Of a DNA stretch of 41,060 nucleotides, positions 17,895 to 27,384 are shown one piece after another (positions within the stretch are counted from its first letter, which is position 1; every line of letters begins with the position of its first letter). The stretch spans positions 1 to 41,060 of the forward strand of contig CAYHLZ010000004.1 of NCBI GenBank assembly GCA_964357635.1. The letters are read 5' to 3'. The translations under genes were made by a program, and so were the position numbers. The notes under the pieces were generated by a model. That model was not told the origin of the DNA, did no database searches, and saw nothing but the letters and a program-made list of their open reading frames with translations. Origin of the DNA: an uncultured Candidatus Saccharibacteria bacterium (lineage in GTDB: Bacteria > Patescibacteriota > Minisyncoccia > Phycocordibacterales > Zambryskibacteraceae).

Positions 17895-18857
17895 ATGTCC
17901 ACGGCCAAGAAACGAGCCCTTGTTACCGGTATAACTGGTCAAGACGGATACTATCTATCTAAATTATTGAACGAGAAAGGTTACGAAGTATTCGGATTTA
18001 CTGGTGACTTGGGAGACGAAAATGCAATTACCCGAGCGGTAGAAGAATCAAAGCCAGACGAAGTGTATAACCTAGGAGGTATCTCTGATTTGGGCTCTGC
18101 GATAAAAGATCCAGAGCGCACAATGAAGATAAACTATGAAGCGGTTATAAAACTTCTAAATCAGTCAAAGAAAACAAATCCAAAAGTGCGGTTCTGCCAA
18201 GCTTCTTCCGCAGAAATCTTCAGTCGAGAGAACCCCGCTCCACAAGATGAGAGCGCAGTATATGGGCCCACCAATCCATATGGCGTGGCAAAGTTAAAAG
18301 CCCAGCAAGAGATAAAAAGACAAAGGGAAGAGGCGGGTGTCTTTGGGTGTTCTGCGATACTTTATAATCACGAATCGCCCAAGCGTAGTGAGAAATTTGT
18401 TACGAGAAAAATTACTATGACTCTGGCAAAAATTAAATTGGGGCTAGCCCAAACACTTGAACTAGGTAATTTAAGTGCCAAGCGTGACTGGGGTTTCGCC
18501 GGGGACTATGTGGAAGCTATGTGGCAAATGCTTCAGGCGCCCACAGCCGATGATTACATTGTTGCCACGGGTGCGGCTCATACAGTGAGAGATTTTGTTA
18601 ATACGGCAGCTAAATGTTTGGATATGGAATTGATATGGGAAGGCGAGGGGGAGAGTGAGATTGCCAAAAATAAATCTGGCAGAGTAATTGTAAGGGTTAA
18701 CCCAGAATTTTATCGTCCGCTTGAACAAAACGATATTATAGGCAATAATGCAAAGGCAAAAAAGATACTAGGATGGAAGCCCCGCACATCATTTGAAGAT
18801 CTTGTGCGACTGATGATCGAGAAAGACCTTGAATACGTTAAAACTTTACAACAATGA
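17895..18857 (+). CDS. Second Gmd-like NDP-sugar dehydratase/reductase
   Basis: VTGITGQDGYYL, QASSAE, NPYGVAK, NHESP and KRDWGFAGDYV, with a shorter N-terminal domain. Confidence 0.85.
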   Translation: MSTAKKRALVTGITGQDGYYLSKLLNEKGYEVFGFTGDLGDENAITRAVEESKPDEVYNLGGISDLGSAIKDPERTMKINYEAVIKLLNQSKKTNPKVRFCQASSAEIFSRENPAPQDESAVYGPTNPYGVAKLKAQQEIKRQREEAGVFGCSAILYNHESPKRSEKFVTRKITMTLAKIKLGLAQTLELGNLSAKRDWGFAGDYVEAMWQMLQAPTADDYIVATGAAHTVRDFVNTAAKCLDMELIWEGEGESEIAKNKSGRVIVRVNPEFYRPLEQNDIIGNNAKAKKILGWKPRTSFEDLVRLMIEKDLEYVKTLQQ

Positions 18858-19270
18858 CAACACAAGAAAACTTAATACTAACTCCAACAGCGCCAGGAGA
18901 GCTCATAGACAAAATAACAGTTCTTAAAATTAAGGAAGAAAGAATAAAAGATGAAGCACGACTGCTTAATGTTAGAAAAGAGTTGTTAATGCTTGAGGAG
19001 ACGAGAGAAAAAAGTTTTCCCAAAAATAGTCAGGTAATAGGTAAGTTGGCAAAACTTGAGGCTAGTCTTAAGAAATCAAACGAGGAGATATGGGATATGG
19101 GCGACAAAATCCGTGAACTAGGAGACAAGCAGAACTTTGGAAAAGAATTTACTGATGTTGCTTATGGAATACATCTTGCCAACGACAAACGAGCCGCTAT
19201 CAAGAAAGAGATAAACTTGATGCTCGGATCAGGTATTGTTGAGGAAAAATCATATAAGCATTGGAAATAG
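18854..19270 (+). CDS. DUF6165-like conserved hypothetical protein
   Basis: PGELIDKITVLKIK, NEEIWD, NDKRAAIKKEIN and IVEEKSY. Confidence 0.7.
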   Translation: MTTQENLILTPTAPGELIDKITVLKIKEERIKDEARLLNVRKELLMLEETREKSFPKNSQVIGKLAKLEASLKKSNEEIWDMGDKIRELGDKQNFGKEFTDVAYGIHLANDKRAAIKKEINLMLGSGIVEEKSYKHWK

Positions 19271-20572
19271 TTATTTTCCAATAACCTCAAATTTGGGACA
19301 GGGAACGATTAATTTACCACCTCTTTTCAGAAAAGCAGTTTCGCGCTTTTTGAATTCATTGATAAAGTGCCATGGCAGGACCAAAAGATAATCAGGTTTT
19401 GCTTTGCGCATCTCTTCCTCGGAGTAGATAGGAATGTTCGTGCCAGCTGTTTTCAATCCAAACTTTGCTGGAGAGCGCTCGGCTATACCGTCAATAAGAG
19501 TGTTATCTAGACCATACCACTGTAGAAGGGTGTTACCTTTGGTGGAAGCACCGTAGCCCCATATCTTTTTCCCTTTATTTTTTTCTTTTTTGATGAACGA
19601 AATAGTTTTCTTCTTGAGTTTATGTATCTCCTTCCAGAATTTTTGATAAACCTTTTTATTGTTTAAACCAAGCACCTTTTCATATGCGAGTATTGAATCT
19701 ACACGCATTTTGGCGACATCTCGATACGGCGCGGAGGCGAAGGTATTCGGGTCTGCATCGCCATGTCTTATATAAATCCTGAAACTACCTCCGTTTATAT
19801 CGTTCAATTCGCAGTCGACTATTTGCATGTCATGTCTATCAAGCAGGTATTTAAGAGCACTAAGACTATAATACTCAAGGTGTTCATGGCAAATATTATC
19901 AAATGCCAACTGCTTGAGCATGAGTGGAAGATAGCTCATCTGAATAATCCAGAGACCATCTTTATCCAGAGTATTTTTTACATCTTTTACAAAAATATTT
20001 GGGTTTTCCAAATCATAAAACATGGCAATGCTAGTTATAACCTTAGCTTTCTTGTGGCCATACTTGGTTTTTCGATAATTTTTGAAAGTGAAGTAATCAT
20101 TAACAATAACATCGGCAAACTTACTTGATTCTTTTTTGAAGTCATTGGGGTCAAAGCCGATTCTAACAATATTTTTTTCCACAAATCGAAACAGCGTTCC
20201 GTCGTTACACCCAATGTCGAGAAATATTTCTCTCGGTTTCAAACGCATCAATTCTTGAGCTCTCTTAGCGATACTCATGAGCTCATTTGTCATGGTGGCA
20301 TTGGTGCCGGACTTATACCAATACTTTCTATACATAATGTCTCCCGGCACCGTGTGAGAGAGTTGGACAAGGCCGGATTTTCTTGCTAGGCGCAGTTCGA
20401 GCTCTACCGGCACATATTTAGGAGACTCGCTTCGTTCTATAAAATCCGATAAATAGAGCTTACCAAGAGAAAAAAGTGGAATGGTTCTCTCTCCTGATAT
20501 GCGGCAAGTTTCTCTTTTCTTTATTTCCTTGAATTTAGCTTTAGCGCGTGGTTTTCGGAGTATTTTTAACAT
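19271..20572 (-). CDS. NDP-hexose C-methyltransferase family protein
   Basis: YWYKSG, LDIGCNDGTL, IAMFYDL, FDNICHEHLEYY, NGGSFR, GYGASTKGNTLL and PDYLLVLPWHF. Confidence 0.88.
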   Translation of the reverse strand: MLKILRKPRAKAKFKEIKKRETCRISGERTIPLFSLGKLYLSDFIERSESPKYVPVELELRLARKSGLVQLSHTVPGDIMYRKYWYKSGTNATMTNELMSIAKRAQELMRLKPREIFLDIGCNDGTLFRFVEKNIVRIGFDPNDFKKESSKFADVIVNDYFTFKNYRKTKYGHKKAKVITSIAMFYDLENPNIFVKDVKNTLDKDGLWIIQMSYLPLMLKQLAFDNICHEHLEYYSLSALKYLLDRHDMQIVDCELNDINGGSFRIYIRHGDADPNTFASAPYRDVAKMRVDSILAYEKVLGLNNKKVYQKFWKEIHKLKKKTISFIKKEKNKGKKIWGYGASTKGNTLLQWYGLDNTLIDGIAERSPAKFGLKTAGTNIPIYSEEEMRKAKPDYLLVLPWHFINEFKKRETAFLKRGGKLIVPCPKFEVIGK

Positions 20573-20610
20573 GGGATGATTTTATATTTTTTTAAACAAA
20601 TTGCAAGAAA

Positions 20611-21465
20611 TCAGACTGGAATGTTTTCTAAAAAGTCTTTCCTAATATAGCCGGCATCAATTTCTTTTCGTATCAAATTTTCCGTTATTATGCCACCTTT
20701 TAATGCCTCCTTTGCTATGTTAAAGAATAAATTCTCAATTTTTTGATTAGGATGTTTTTGGTAGCTACTAGGGTATTTGCCCAAGAGTTTGTGAATAGGC
20801 TCGCGGGGGATAAGGCCAAAGATTTTTGGCATGGGATTTCTGGTAAAGTCTATAGGCAGTCCCGTCTTCCATGGTTGAGTAAGTCTGTTCGTCATGTGTA
20901 TGGCCAGGGTGTCATCTGTCAGGATGTCCAAATTGTTCCAGATGCGCGGAAGCTCAGTAATCGAGTCTTCTGGCTCGTGCTTCAGGCTCATAATGTCCGC
21001 CACGTAGTCAAGTTTTTTGTTCCCTAGCCCTTTGAGGATATCATCTATGCGCCAATGAGTGAGTTTGGCACAATCCATGAGCATAAAGCTGGTATCCCAG
21101 TGGCTTTTTTTACGGCAGACGGCGATAGATTTACCTGACATATTGATATCAAATATTTTAGAAATATCTTTAACAGCAAAGATATCTGGATCAATGATGA
21201 CAGCCATGCCTTTGTAGTTCATTAGTTCTGGAGCCATGAATCGTGAGAGGGTGAATGATTGCAAGTCTCTTGGGTCATAAATTCTTGATTTACCAGCAAA
21301 AAGGTATTCTTTTCCGGCAAAATTCTTAAAAGCCTCAATCTTGTCGACATTTATATATTCGACTATTATTTTGCTGTTTTTTGGCAAATATTTTTCAATT
21401 GCGTATTTAGCAAGTACCGCCCCCAACAGCTGCTTATTGTTGGTATGTATAAAAATTTTTTTCAT
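20611..21465 (-). CDS. GT-A fold glycosyltransferase (GT8-like)
   Basis: SFTLSRF, DxD motif IIDPDIF, SFMLMDC, ELPRIWNNLD and HMTNRLTQPW. Confidence 0.65.
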   Translation of the reverse strand: MKKIFIHTNNKQLLGAVLAKYAIEKYLPKNSKIIVEYINVDKIEAFKNFAGKEYLFAGKSRIYDPRDLQSFTLSRFMAPELMNYKGMAVIIDPDIFAVKDISKIFDINMSGKSIAVCRKKSHWDTSFMLMDCAKLTHWRIDDILKGLGNKKLDYVADIMSLKHEPEDSITELPRIWNNLDILTDDTLAIHMTNRLTQPWKTGLPIDFTRNPMPKIFGLIPREPIHKLLGKYPSSYQKHPNQKIENLFFNIAKEALKGGIITENLIRKEIDAGYIRKDFLENIPV

Positions 21466-23255
21466 AAGTTAATATTGTATTTTCTAGCCAAGATTGCGAG
21501 AGACAAATAGAGATGTATATGTTTACCGGGCCACGTATCACCTGACTCAATACAGTGTCGTACTTTTTCCCAATCTATGTATTCATTTGATTTCCTGTCA
21601 GAAATTATTTCCAAGAAAAGTTTTTTAAAAGAGCCGTCATACCAGTCTGTAATTGGTGAACGCCAGCCCGTCTTATCTTTGCGCCCAGTAATGTATTCCG
21701 GTAACCTGCCCTCATAAAGATTTCTTAAAAACAGCTTGTTTGAATTTTTATCAGTATAATCCTCTTTAGTAAGTTTTTTATCGCAGTATAGTCGGAAGGG
21801 GTGATAAGAAAGAGGAGACCGCAATTCCGCAGACTGACTCATATAAATTTTATCGGTTTGGATGAAATTCTCTGCTGGCATCCAGATAAATCGCTCTCTG
21901 AGCATAGCCTGGTATACCGCTTCGTGGTTTACCCCATACATATCTACCAATCCTTGCGTTATTTGCCCCAAGAGTTCTGGTATCGCATATTTAGATATCT
22001 CCGGCATCGCAGTCTTAAACCTAAATTCTCGAAAGAAGAGCCACCTCTCATTCATATCTCTAAAATCATAATCAGTGTTGTTGCGGTAATTTTTAATCAG
22101 ATTAAAAAGCCACGGGGTCAGCCATTTAATTTGTTTTTCGATTTTCCTGATTTGCTCGTAGTGAGGATATCCTCCGAAGATTTCATCACCACCATTGCCG
22201 GATATTACAACTCGATTCTTGTCACCACGAGCACCCTCTACAGAGGCAGTTTGGAGATATGCTGGCAAACTAATGTTAAAGTTGGGCTCCTCAATTGTCT
22301 CGTAGGCTTTTATAAAATTTTCAATATAAGTTTTCTTCGTAACCAGTATTTCTTGGTGGCGCGTGCCATAATCCTTCGCCAGTCTCTGTGCTAAATCGGC
22401 ATCCAAATTATATTTTTTATCTCCACCATCAAACCGAGTAGTGTATGTGCTAACTTCATAACCCGCTTGTCTCGCCTCGTGGAGCAGGAGTGAGGAATCT
22501 AATCCTCCAGAGAGATTGATAGCAACTTTTTGCTTGCTTTGCAGGTGTTCTAGTGTGAGTTGTTTGAATGCTCCTTCCCATGATTCTGGGAAATATTGAT
22601 TGGCTTCGCTTTTGAAATATGCTACAGAAACGAGTTTGGAGGCACTATCCCAACTTAAATATTGTGAAGGTTCAATTTTCCTAATGTGTTTAAAGAGGGT
22701 ATACGGGCCGGCAACATATCCTAGAGCAGTTGCCAAGGCCACACCTTCTTTGCTGACTGTTTTGTCAATATCGTGAATCAGGATTGACTTAATTTCTGAA
22801 GAAAAGATGAAAGTGTCTCCTTTTTGGTAATAGTATAGATTTTTTTGTCCAGAAGGATCTCGATAAAGTCTCAATTTTTTTTCTCTGCTGTTATATAGAG
22901 CAATGGTGAACATGCCGTGGATTTTATAAATAAAATTCCATCCATACTTCTCTATGGTTTTATATAACACATAAGTATCAAGATCAGATTTAGTCTGGTC
23001 AAGTCCGGTTAATTCCTCTTTAAGCTGGCGAGTGTTATAAATTTGCCCATTAAGTAAAAGCACCCATTCTGGATTTGGCATGTAGGGTTGATGCGAGCGC
23101 TCTTCAGAGTCACGAATAGACAAAAGGCAATGACCAAGACTAAGTGAGTCGTCGAAGTAGGTACCAGAAAAATCAGGGCCACGATGTTTGGTGGCCTCAT
23201 TCATCATTACTAATCTGTCAGGGTTATTTTGGGAGAAGCCATTTATACCACACAT
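21462..23255 (-). CDS. Asparagine synthetase B-like glutamine amidotransferase (probably glycan-amidating)
   Basis: N-terminal MCGING, HRGPD, NGQIYN, RDPSG, LSGGLDSS and SGNGGDEIFGGY. Confidence 0.9.
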   Translation of the reverse strand: MCGINGFSQNNPDRLVMMNEATKHRGPDFSGTYFDDSLSLGHCLLSIRDSEERSHQPYMPNPEWVLLLNGQIYNTRQLKEELTGLDQTKSDLDTYVLYKTIEKYGWNFIYKIHGMFTIALYNSREKKLRLYRDPSGQKNLYYYQKGDTFIFSSEIKSILIHDIDKTVSKEGVALATALGYVAGPYTLFKHIRKIEPSQYLSWDSASKLVSVAYFKSEANQYFPESWEGAFKQLTLEHLQSKQKVAINLSGGLDSSLLLHEARQAGYEVSTYTTRFDGGDKKYNLDADLAQRLAKDYGTRHQEILVTKKTYIENFIKAYETIEEPNFNISLPAYLQTASVEGARGDKNRVVISGNGGDEIFGGYPHYEQIRKIEKQIKWLTPWLFNLIKNYRNNTDYDFRDMNERWLFFREFRFKTAMPEISKYAIPELLGQITQGLVDMYGVNHEAVYQAMLRERFIWMPAENFIQTDKIYMSQSAELRSPLSYHPFRLYCDKKLTKEDYTDKNSNKLFLRNLYEGRLPEYITGRKDKTGWRSPITDWYDGSFKKLFLEIISDRKSNEYIDWEKVRHCIESGDTWPGKHIHLYLSLAILARKYNINL

Positions 23256-23324
23256 AATAAGATGATTATATCTCGTTATGTCTGTTTGATATAGTTACTT
23301 TACTGTAGTATTCTTGGCTACAAT

Positions 23325-24299
23325 ATGGGTCTAAATTCCTTAAAAGTTATTGAAAATCGGATTTTCTCTACTCTGGGAAAAGAGGTAGAGGCGGTTTCGG
23401 GTCTTTCCAAATCTATATTTGAAATCGTGAGCGCTGTCTCGCTTCTGTCTAGAAGAAAAGGAAAAATCATTATAACTGGTGTAGGGAAATCAGCTTTCAT
23501 TGGTATGAAGATGGCCGCCACGTTTACCAGCTTGGGTCACCACGCATTCTTTCTTCATCCCGTTGATGCCCTTCACGGTGATAGTGGTGTGGTCTTTGAC
23601 GGTGATATCGTTATTGCTGTCTCATTTTCCGGAGAGTCTAACGAGGTGCTGAAAGTAATTAGACACATTAAAAAGACTTTTTTAGTTAAAGTAATTGCTA
23701 TTACCAGAAGCAAGAAATCTTCACTCCGGAAATTAGCTGACAAAAGTATCACCATAAGAATAAAGGATGAAGGTTCACCAAGTGGACTTGCCCCGATGGC
23801 GAGTACGACCGCTTCATTGGTTGTTGGGGATCTTTTAGCCGTAGGACTTGTGGACCCTAAAAAATATAAAGACACTCATTTTGCTAAGTTTCATCCAGGT
23901 GGCAGTCTCGGATTAAGGCTTAAGACGGTTGAAGAGACAATGATCAAAGGAAGTAAGATGCCAATGGTTCGCGGAGAGACGCTGTTTAAGAAAGCCATTC
24001 TTGAGATAAGTAAAAAAAGAAAAGGAGTTGTGGGGGTGTTAGACCGGTTGGGTAAACTCGTGGGGGTTCTTACTGATGGCGATGTGCGTCGTTTTTTCAC
24101 TCTACACGATTCCTCGTCCGGTGTCTCCGTGAAAGATGTTATGACCACTAATCCGAAGATTATTTCAGCCACAGATTCTTTAGAGCGCGCCCTAGAGATA
24201 ATGGAAAGATTTAAAATCACGACCCTTTTCGTAACGACCAAAGGAAAAAAGGTCATAGGACTTATCCATCTCCACGATATAATCGAGGCCACTTCTTAA
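23325..24299 (+). CDS. kdsD: Arabinose-5-phosphate isomerase, KdsD/KpsF/GutQ family
   Basis: SIS domain TGVGKS, ALHGD, SFSGES, LAPMAST and FHPGGSLG, followed by a CBS pair (TDGDVRR). Confidence 0.9.
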   Translation: MGLNSLKVIENRIFSTLGKEVEAVSGLSKSIFEIVSAVSLLSRRKGKIIITGVGKSAFIGMKMAATFTSLGHHAFFLHPVDALHGDSGVVFDGDIVIAVSFSGESNEVLKVIRHIKKTFLVKVIAITRSKKSSLRKLADKSITIRIKDEGSPSGLAPMASTTASLVVGDLLAVGLVDPKKYKDTHFAKFHPGGSLGLRLKTVEETMIKGSKMPMVRGETLFKKAILEISKKRKGVVGVLDRLGKLVGVLTDGDVRRFFTLHDSSSGVSVKDVMTTNPKIISATDSLERALEIMERFKITTLFVTTKGKKVIGLIHLHDIIEATS

Positions 24300-24303
24300 C
24301 AAA

Positions 24304-25794
24304 ATGAAACCAGAAATTTTTCCTAAAAAAGACTTCAAATACTCCTTGGATTTCTTAAAGAGGCTCAACGCTCTTCATTATCAAGGTAAGCCACTATCTC
24401 ACCAAAAAATCTTTAATAAATATAATGTCTGGATCTTCTTTCAAAGCAGAATATTCTTCAGTGATTTAAAAGAATTTGCTCAAAATGGGCAGTATGAGCA
24501 GAGACAAAGCCCTTCTCTTAAAATAAAAATTCAGAATTTTACCCTGTCAACTTTCGGCCTGTTGGTGTCAACAGTGGCTGTGGTTTCCGCAATAATTTTT
24601 AAAAAGAAAATATTTGTCTATAGTGTAGACCGGACTAATTCCGATATTTATTCCAACGACGCGAGGATGGATCCCGTATACAAATATCTCAAATCATCTC
24701 AAGAGCCGTTCCTAGAATTTCTGCATACCACCTTTGAGTTTGGGTTTATTAAAAGATTTTTCAAAAGGAGGCGCTGGGTCATCTATATCAAATCAATTGA
24801 TACCGTGTATTACATGAGCCATCTTTTTTGGTTAAGCAGGCGCCAAAGTTTGGATACGACCGATGTGGACTTCTCTTCTTTTAAACCAGAAGAAAGAGAG
24901 TTCGCCGAACAACTTCTACATAAATACCTTTCCTCCATTGACCTTGTTATTTTTAGAGTTAAGGTTCTTCGGAGAATTCTATCTTGGATGAGAACAGAAA
25001 ATCTTTTCACTATTGACAACACCAGAGATTACTGGGAACTCATTCTAGCTTGTCGGATGAACAATGTTAATGTAAACGCATTCCAACATGGGCATTTTAC
25101 TAAATATCATGTGGGATGGCTCAACGACGGGTCCTTTGAGGGTGAAATAGCGCGACCGAACAAACTCTTCGTGTGGAGTGATTTCTGGAAAAAAGAACTT
25201 ATACGTCTAAAAACATATTTTCCAGAAAAATCTATTGAAATCGGCGGGTTCAAAAATATAATATCAACGATACCAAAGAAGCTTGATCGGGCATATGTGG
25301 GCGTCCTTATTCCATATGAGGTTGATAGCAATAAATCTGAAGTGAAGAGATATATAGATAAATTGCTTCTATGTGGCAACATTAAGGTTTTTTTCAAATT
25401 AAGAACAGATCTTGACTCTAATAGACAAATGACGGAGTACGGTCTTAATAAGAATTATAATCAGAATCTTCAGTTCATAGACGACGTGACAAAATATATA
25501 TCTGATGTGGACGTTGTTGCAGGAACATACTCTACGTTTCTCTATGATATGATTGCTTACGAAAGACCCGTTGCCCTTCTCAAGACCAGTTCAGACTTTG
25601 GAGAAGGTCTTGCAATAAATGAACTCGCTGAAACGGTGGACATAGAGAACGTTTGCAAAAAGATTGAAGAAATAGCCTCTATCGGTAGAGACATATTAAA
25701 AGAGAGAAATAAAAAACTTTTTGGCGAAAAACCACGCCTTATGCATGATACAGTCATTAAACTTGCTGAAGGGTCTTATTTAAATAATAGATGA
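24304..25794 (+). CDS. Hypothetical protein, possible GT-B ulosonic-acid transferase
   Basis: FQHG, LFVWS and DVVAGTYSTFLYD pattern. Lies between kdsD and kdsA. Confidence 0.55.
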   Translation: MKPEIFPKKDFKYSLDFLKRLNALHYQGKPLSHQKIFNKYNVWIFFQSRIFFSDLKEFAQNGQYEQRQSPSLKIKIQNFTLSTFGLLVSTVAVVSAIIFKKKIFVYSVDRTNSDIYSNDARMDPVYKYLKSSQEPFLEFLHTTFEFGFIKRFFKRRRWVIYIKSIDTVYYMSHLFWLSRRQSLDTTDVDFSSFKPEEREFAEQLLHKYLSSIDLVIFRVKVLRRILSWMRTENLFTIDNTRDYWELILACRMNNVNVNAFQHGHFTKYHVGWLNDGSFEGEIARPNKLFVWSDFWKKELIRLKTYFPEKSIEIGGFKNIISTIPKKLDRAYVGVLIPYEVDSNKSEVKRYIDKLLLCGNIKVFFKLRTDLDSNRQMTEYGLNKNYNQNLQFIDDVTKYISDVDVVAGTYSTFLYDMIAYERPVALLKTSSDFGEGLAINELAETVDIENVCKKIEEIASIGRDILKERNKKLFGEKPRLMHDTVIKLAEGSYLNNR

Positions 25795-25804
25795 TGACAC
25801 AGAT

Positions 25805-26626
25805 ATGAAACAGTCCGTCATAAACATAAAAGATTTTAAAATATCTAATAATTTACCTTTTATTTTAATAGCGGGACCAGATTCAATAGAATCGGAAGAA
25901 CACGCTCTGTTGGTAGCTAGTGAAATTAAAAGAATAACTGCGGAAGTTGGTGTTCATTACATTTTTAAGGCTTCTTATGATAAGGCCAATCGAACATCGA
26001 TTAAATCATTTAGAGGGGTGGGACTGGAAAAAGGAATGCGTATCCTCCAGAAAATTAAGAGCGAACTAGATTTACCCGTTACAACAGATGCCCACTCTTC
26101 TCAAGAGGTATTGCAAATTGGAAAAGTTGTGGATTTAATTCAAATACCGGCCCTCTTGTCTAGACAAACTGATTTACTTGTAACTGCAGGGGTAACCGGT
26201 AAGCCAGTTAACATCAAAAAAGGACAATTTATCGCTCCGCAAAATGTAGATAAAATAATTCAAAAAATACAATCGACGGGAAATAACCAGGCCATGATTA
26301 CAGAGAGGGGGACCACTTTTGGTTACAACGATGTTGTTACTGATATGAGGGGTCTAGAAATTATGAAAAGATTCGGTTTTCCAGTAATATTTGATGCGGC
26401 ACATACCGTTCAATTTCCCTCTGTTTTAAAAGAAAACTCGGGAGGGGATCGAACATTAATTTCGACACTAGCTAGGGCGGCTGTCGGCGTTGGGGTTGCT
26501 GGAGTGTTTATAGAAGTACATAATGATCCAGATAATGCGCCAGTTGATGGTCTTAACTCATTAAATTTGAAAGATCTTAAGAAACTTTTAATAACACTAA
26601 AAAAAATTGATGAATGTGTTAAATAA
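25805..26626 (+). CDS. kdsA: Kdo-8-phosphate synthase (variant active site)
   Basis: LIAGP, FKASYDKANRTS, QIPA..RQT, NIKKGQF, ERGTTFGY, FDAAHTVQ and EVH.DPDNA..DG. Confidence 0.92.
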   Translation: MKQSVINIKDFKISNNLPFILIAGPDSIESEEHALLVASEIKRITAEVGVHYIFKASYDKANRTSIKSFRGVGLEKGMRILQKIKSELDLPVTTDAHSSQEVLQIGKVVDLIQIPALLSRQTDLLVTAGVTGKPVNIKKGQFIAPQNVDKIIQKIQSTGNNQAMITERGTTFGYNDVVTDMRGLEIMKRFGFPVIFDAAHTVQFPSVLKENSGGDRTLISTLARAAVGVGVAGVFIEVHNDPDNAPVDGLNSLNLKDLKKLLITLKKIDECVK

Positions 26627-27376
26627 ATGATAATAAAAAAAATCAAAAACAGTCTCTATACGAGCAAGGAATGGCTAAAGCGCATGTATGTCTATCCGCG
26701 GGACAGAATCATACCGGGCGACCACTTCAATTATGACGAATATTGGAAAGAGAAACGTGGTGAAAAATATATTGGGTCCCTGGGGAGTTGGCAAAAAAAG
26801 AGGGCAGAAATAGCAAGCTCTATAATCTCTAAAAGTAACGGGGTTTCGATAAATGATATTGGTTCTGGTGCTGGAGAAGTTCTGCTTTATATAAAAAATC
26901 ACACATTAATCAAGCAAGCCACTTGTTATGACAGCTCGACATATGCACTCGATATAGCAAAATCCTTAGGTCTAGAAACAAAAAAATTTGACTTAAACAA
27001 TAAGGGAGATTATTCAAAAATCCAATTGGCAGATTTCACAATTATGTTTGAGGTTCTAGAACATGTGCCGGGTTCAGAAGAGCTTTTAAAGTTTGCATAC
27101 GACAGCTCTAGAAAGGGGGTACTCTTCTCATTCCCGAACACAGGATTTTTTATACACCGTTTCAGACTTTTTTTCTTTGGTAAGTTTCCGATGCAGTGGG
27201 CCAGACATCCCGCAGAACACCTTCGTTTCTGGACAAAAAGAGATCTTCTGTGGTGGCTCAAGGCCCAAGGGTATGAAAACTACAAAGTTCGCTACTACGT
27301 GGGGGTTCCAGTTCTAAAAAATATTTGGCCAAACATGTTTGCGGCGGGATTCTTTGTTGAAATAATCAAGAATTAG
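26627..27376 (+). CDS. Class I SAM-dependent methyltransferase
   Basis: NDIGSGAG, FEVLEHVP, SFPNTG and HLRFWT. Confidence 0.8.
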   Translation: MIIKKIKNSLYTSKEWLKRMYVYPRDRIIPGDHFNYDEYWKEKRGEKYIGSLGSWQKKRAEIASSIISKSNGVSINDIGSGAGEVLLYIKNHTLIKQATCYDSSTYALDIAKSLGLETKKFDLNNKGDYSKIQLADFTIMFEVLEHVPGSEELLKFAYDSSRKGVLFSFPNTGFFIHRFRLFFFGKFPMQWARHPAEHLRFWTKRDLLWWLKAQGYENYKVRYYVGVPVLKNIWPNMFAAGFFVEIIKN

Positions 27377-27384
27377 ATTGTAAG

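Noticed and set aside
21801-22394. 197-aa plus-strand ORF, and similar shadow ORFs such as 32381-32995
   Set aside because: Entirely antisense to well-supported genes (asnB-like, secA) and without motifs.
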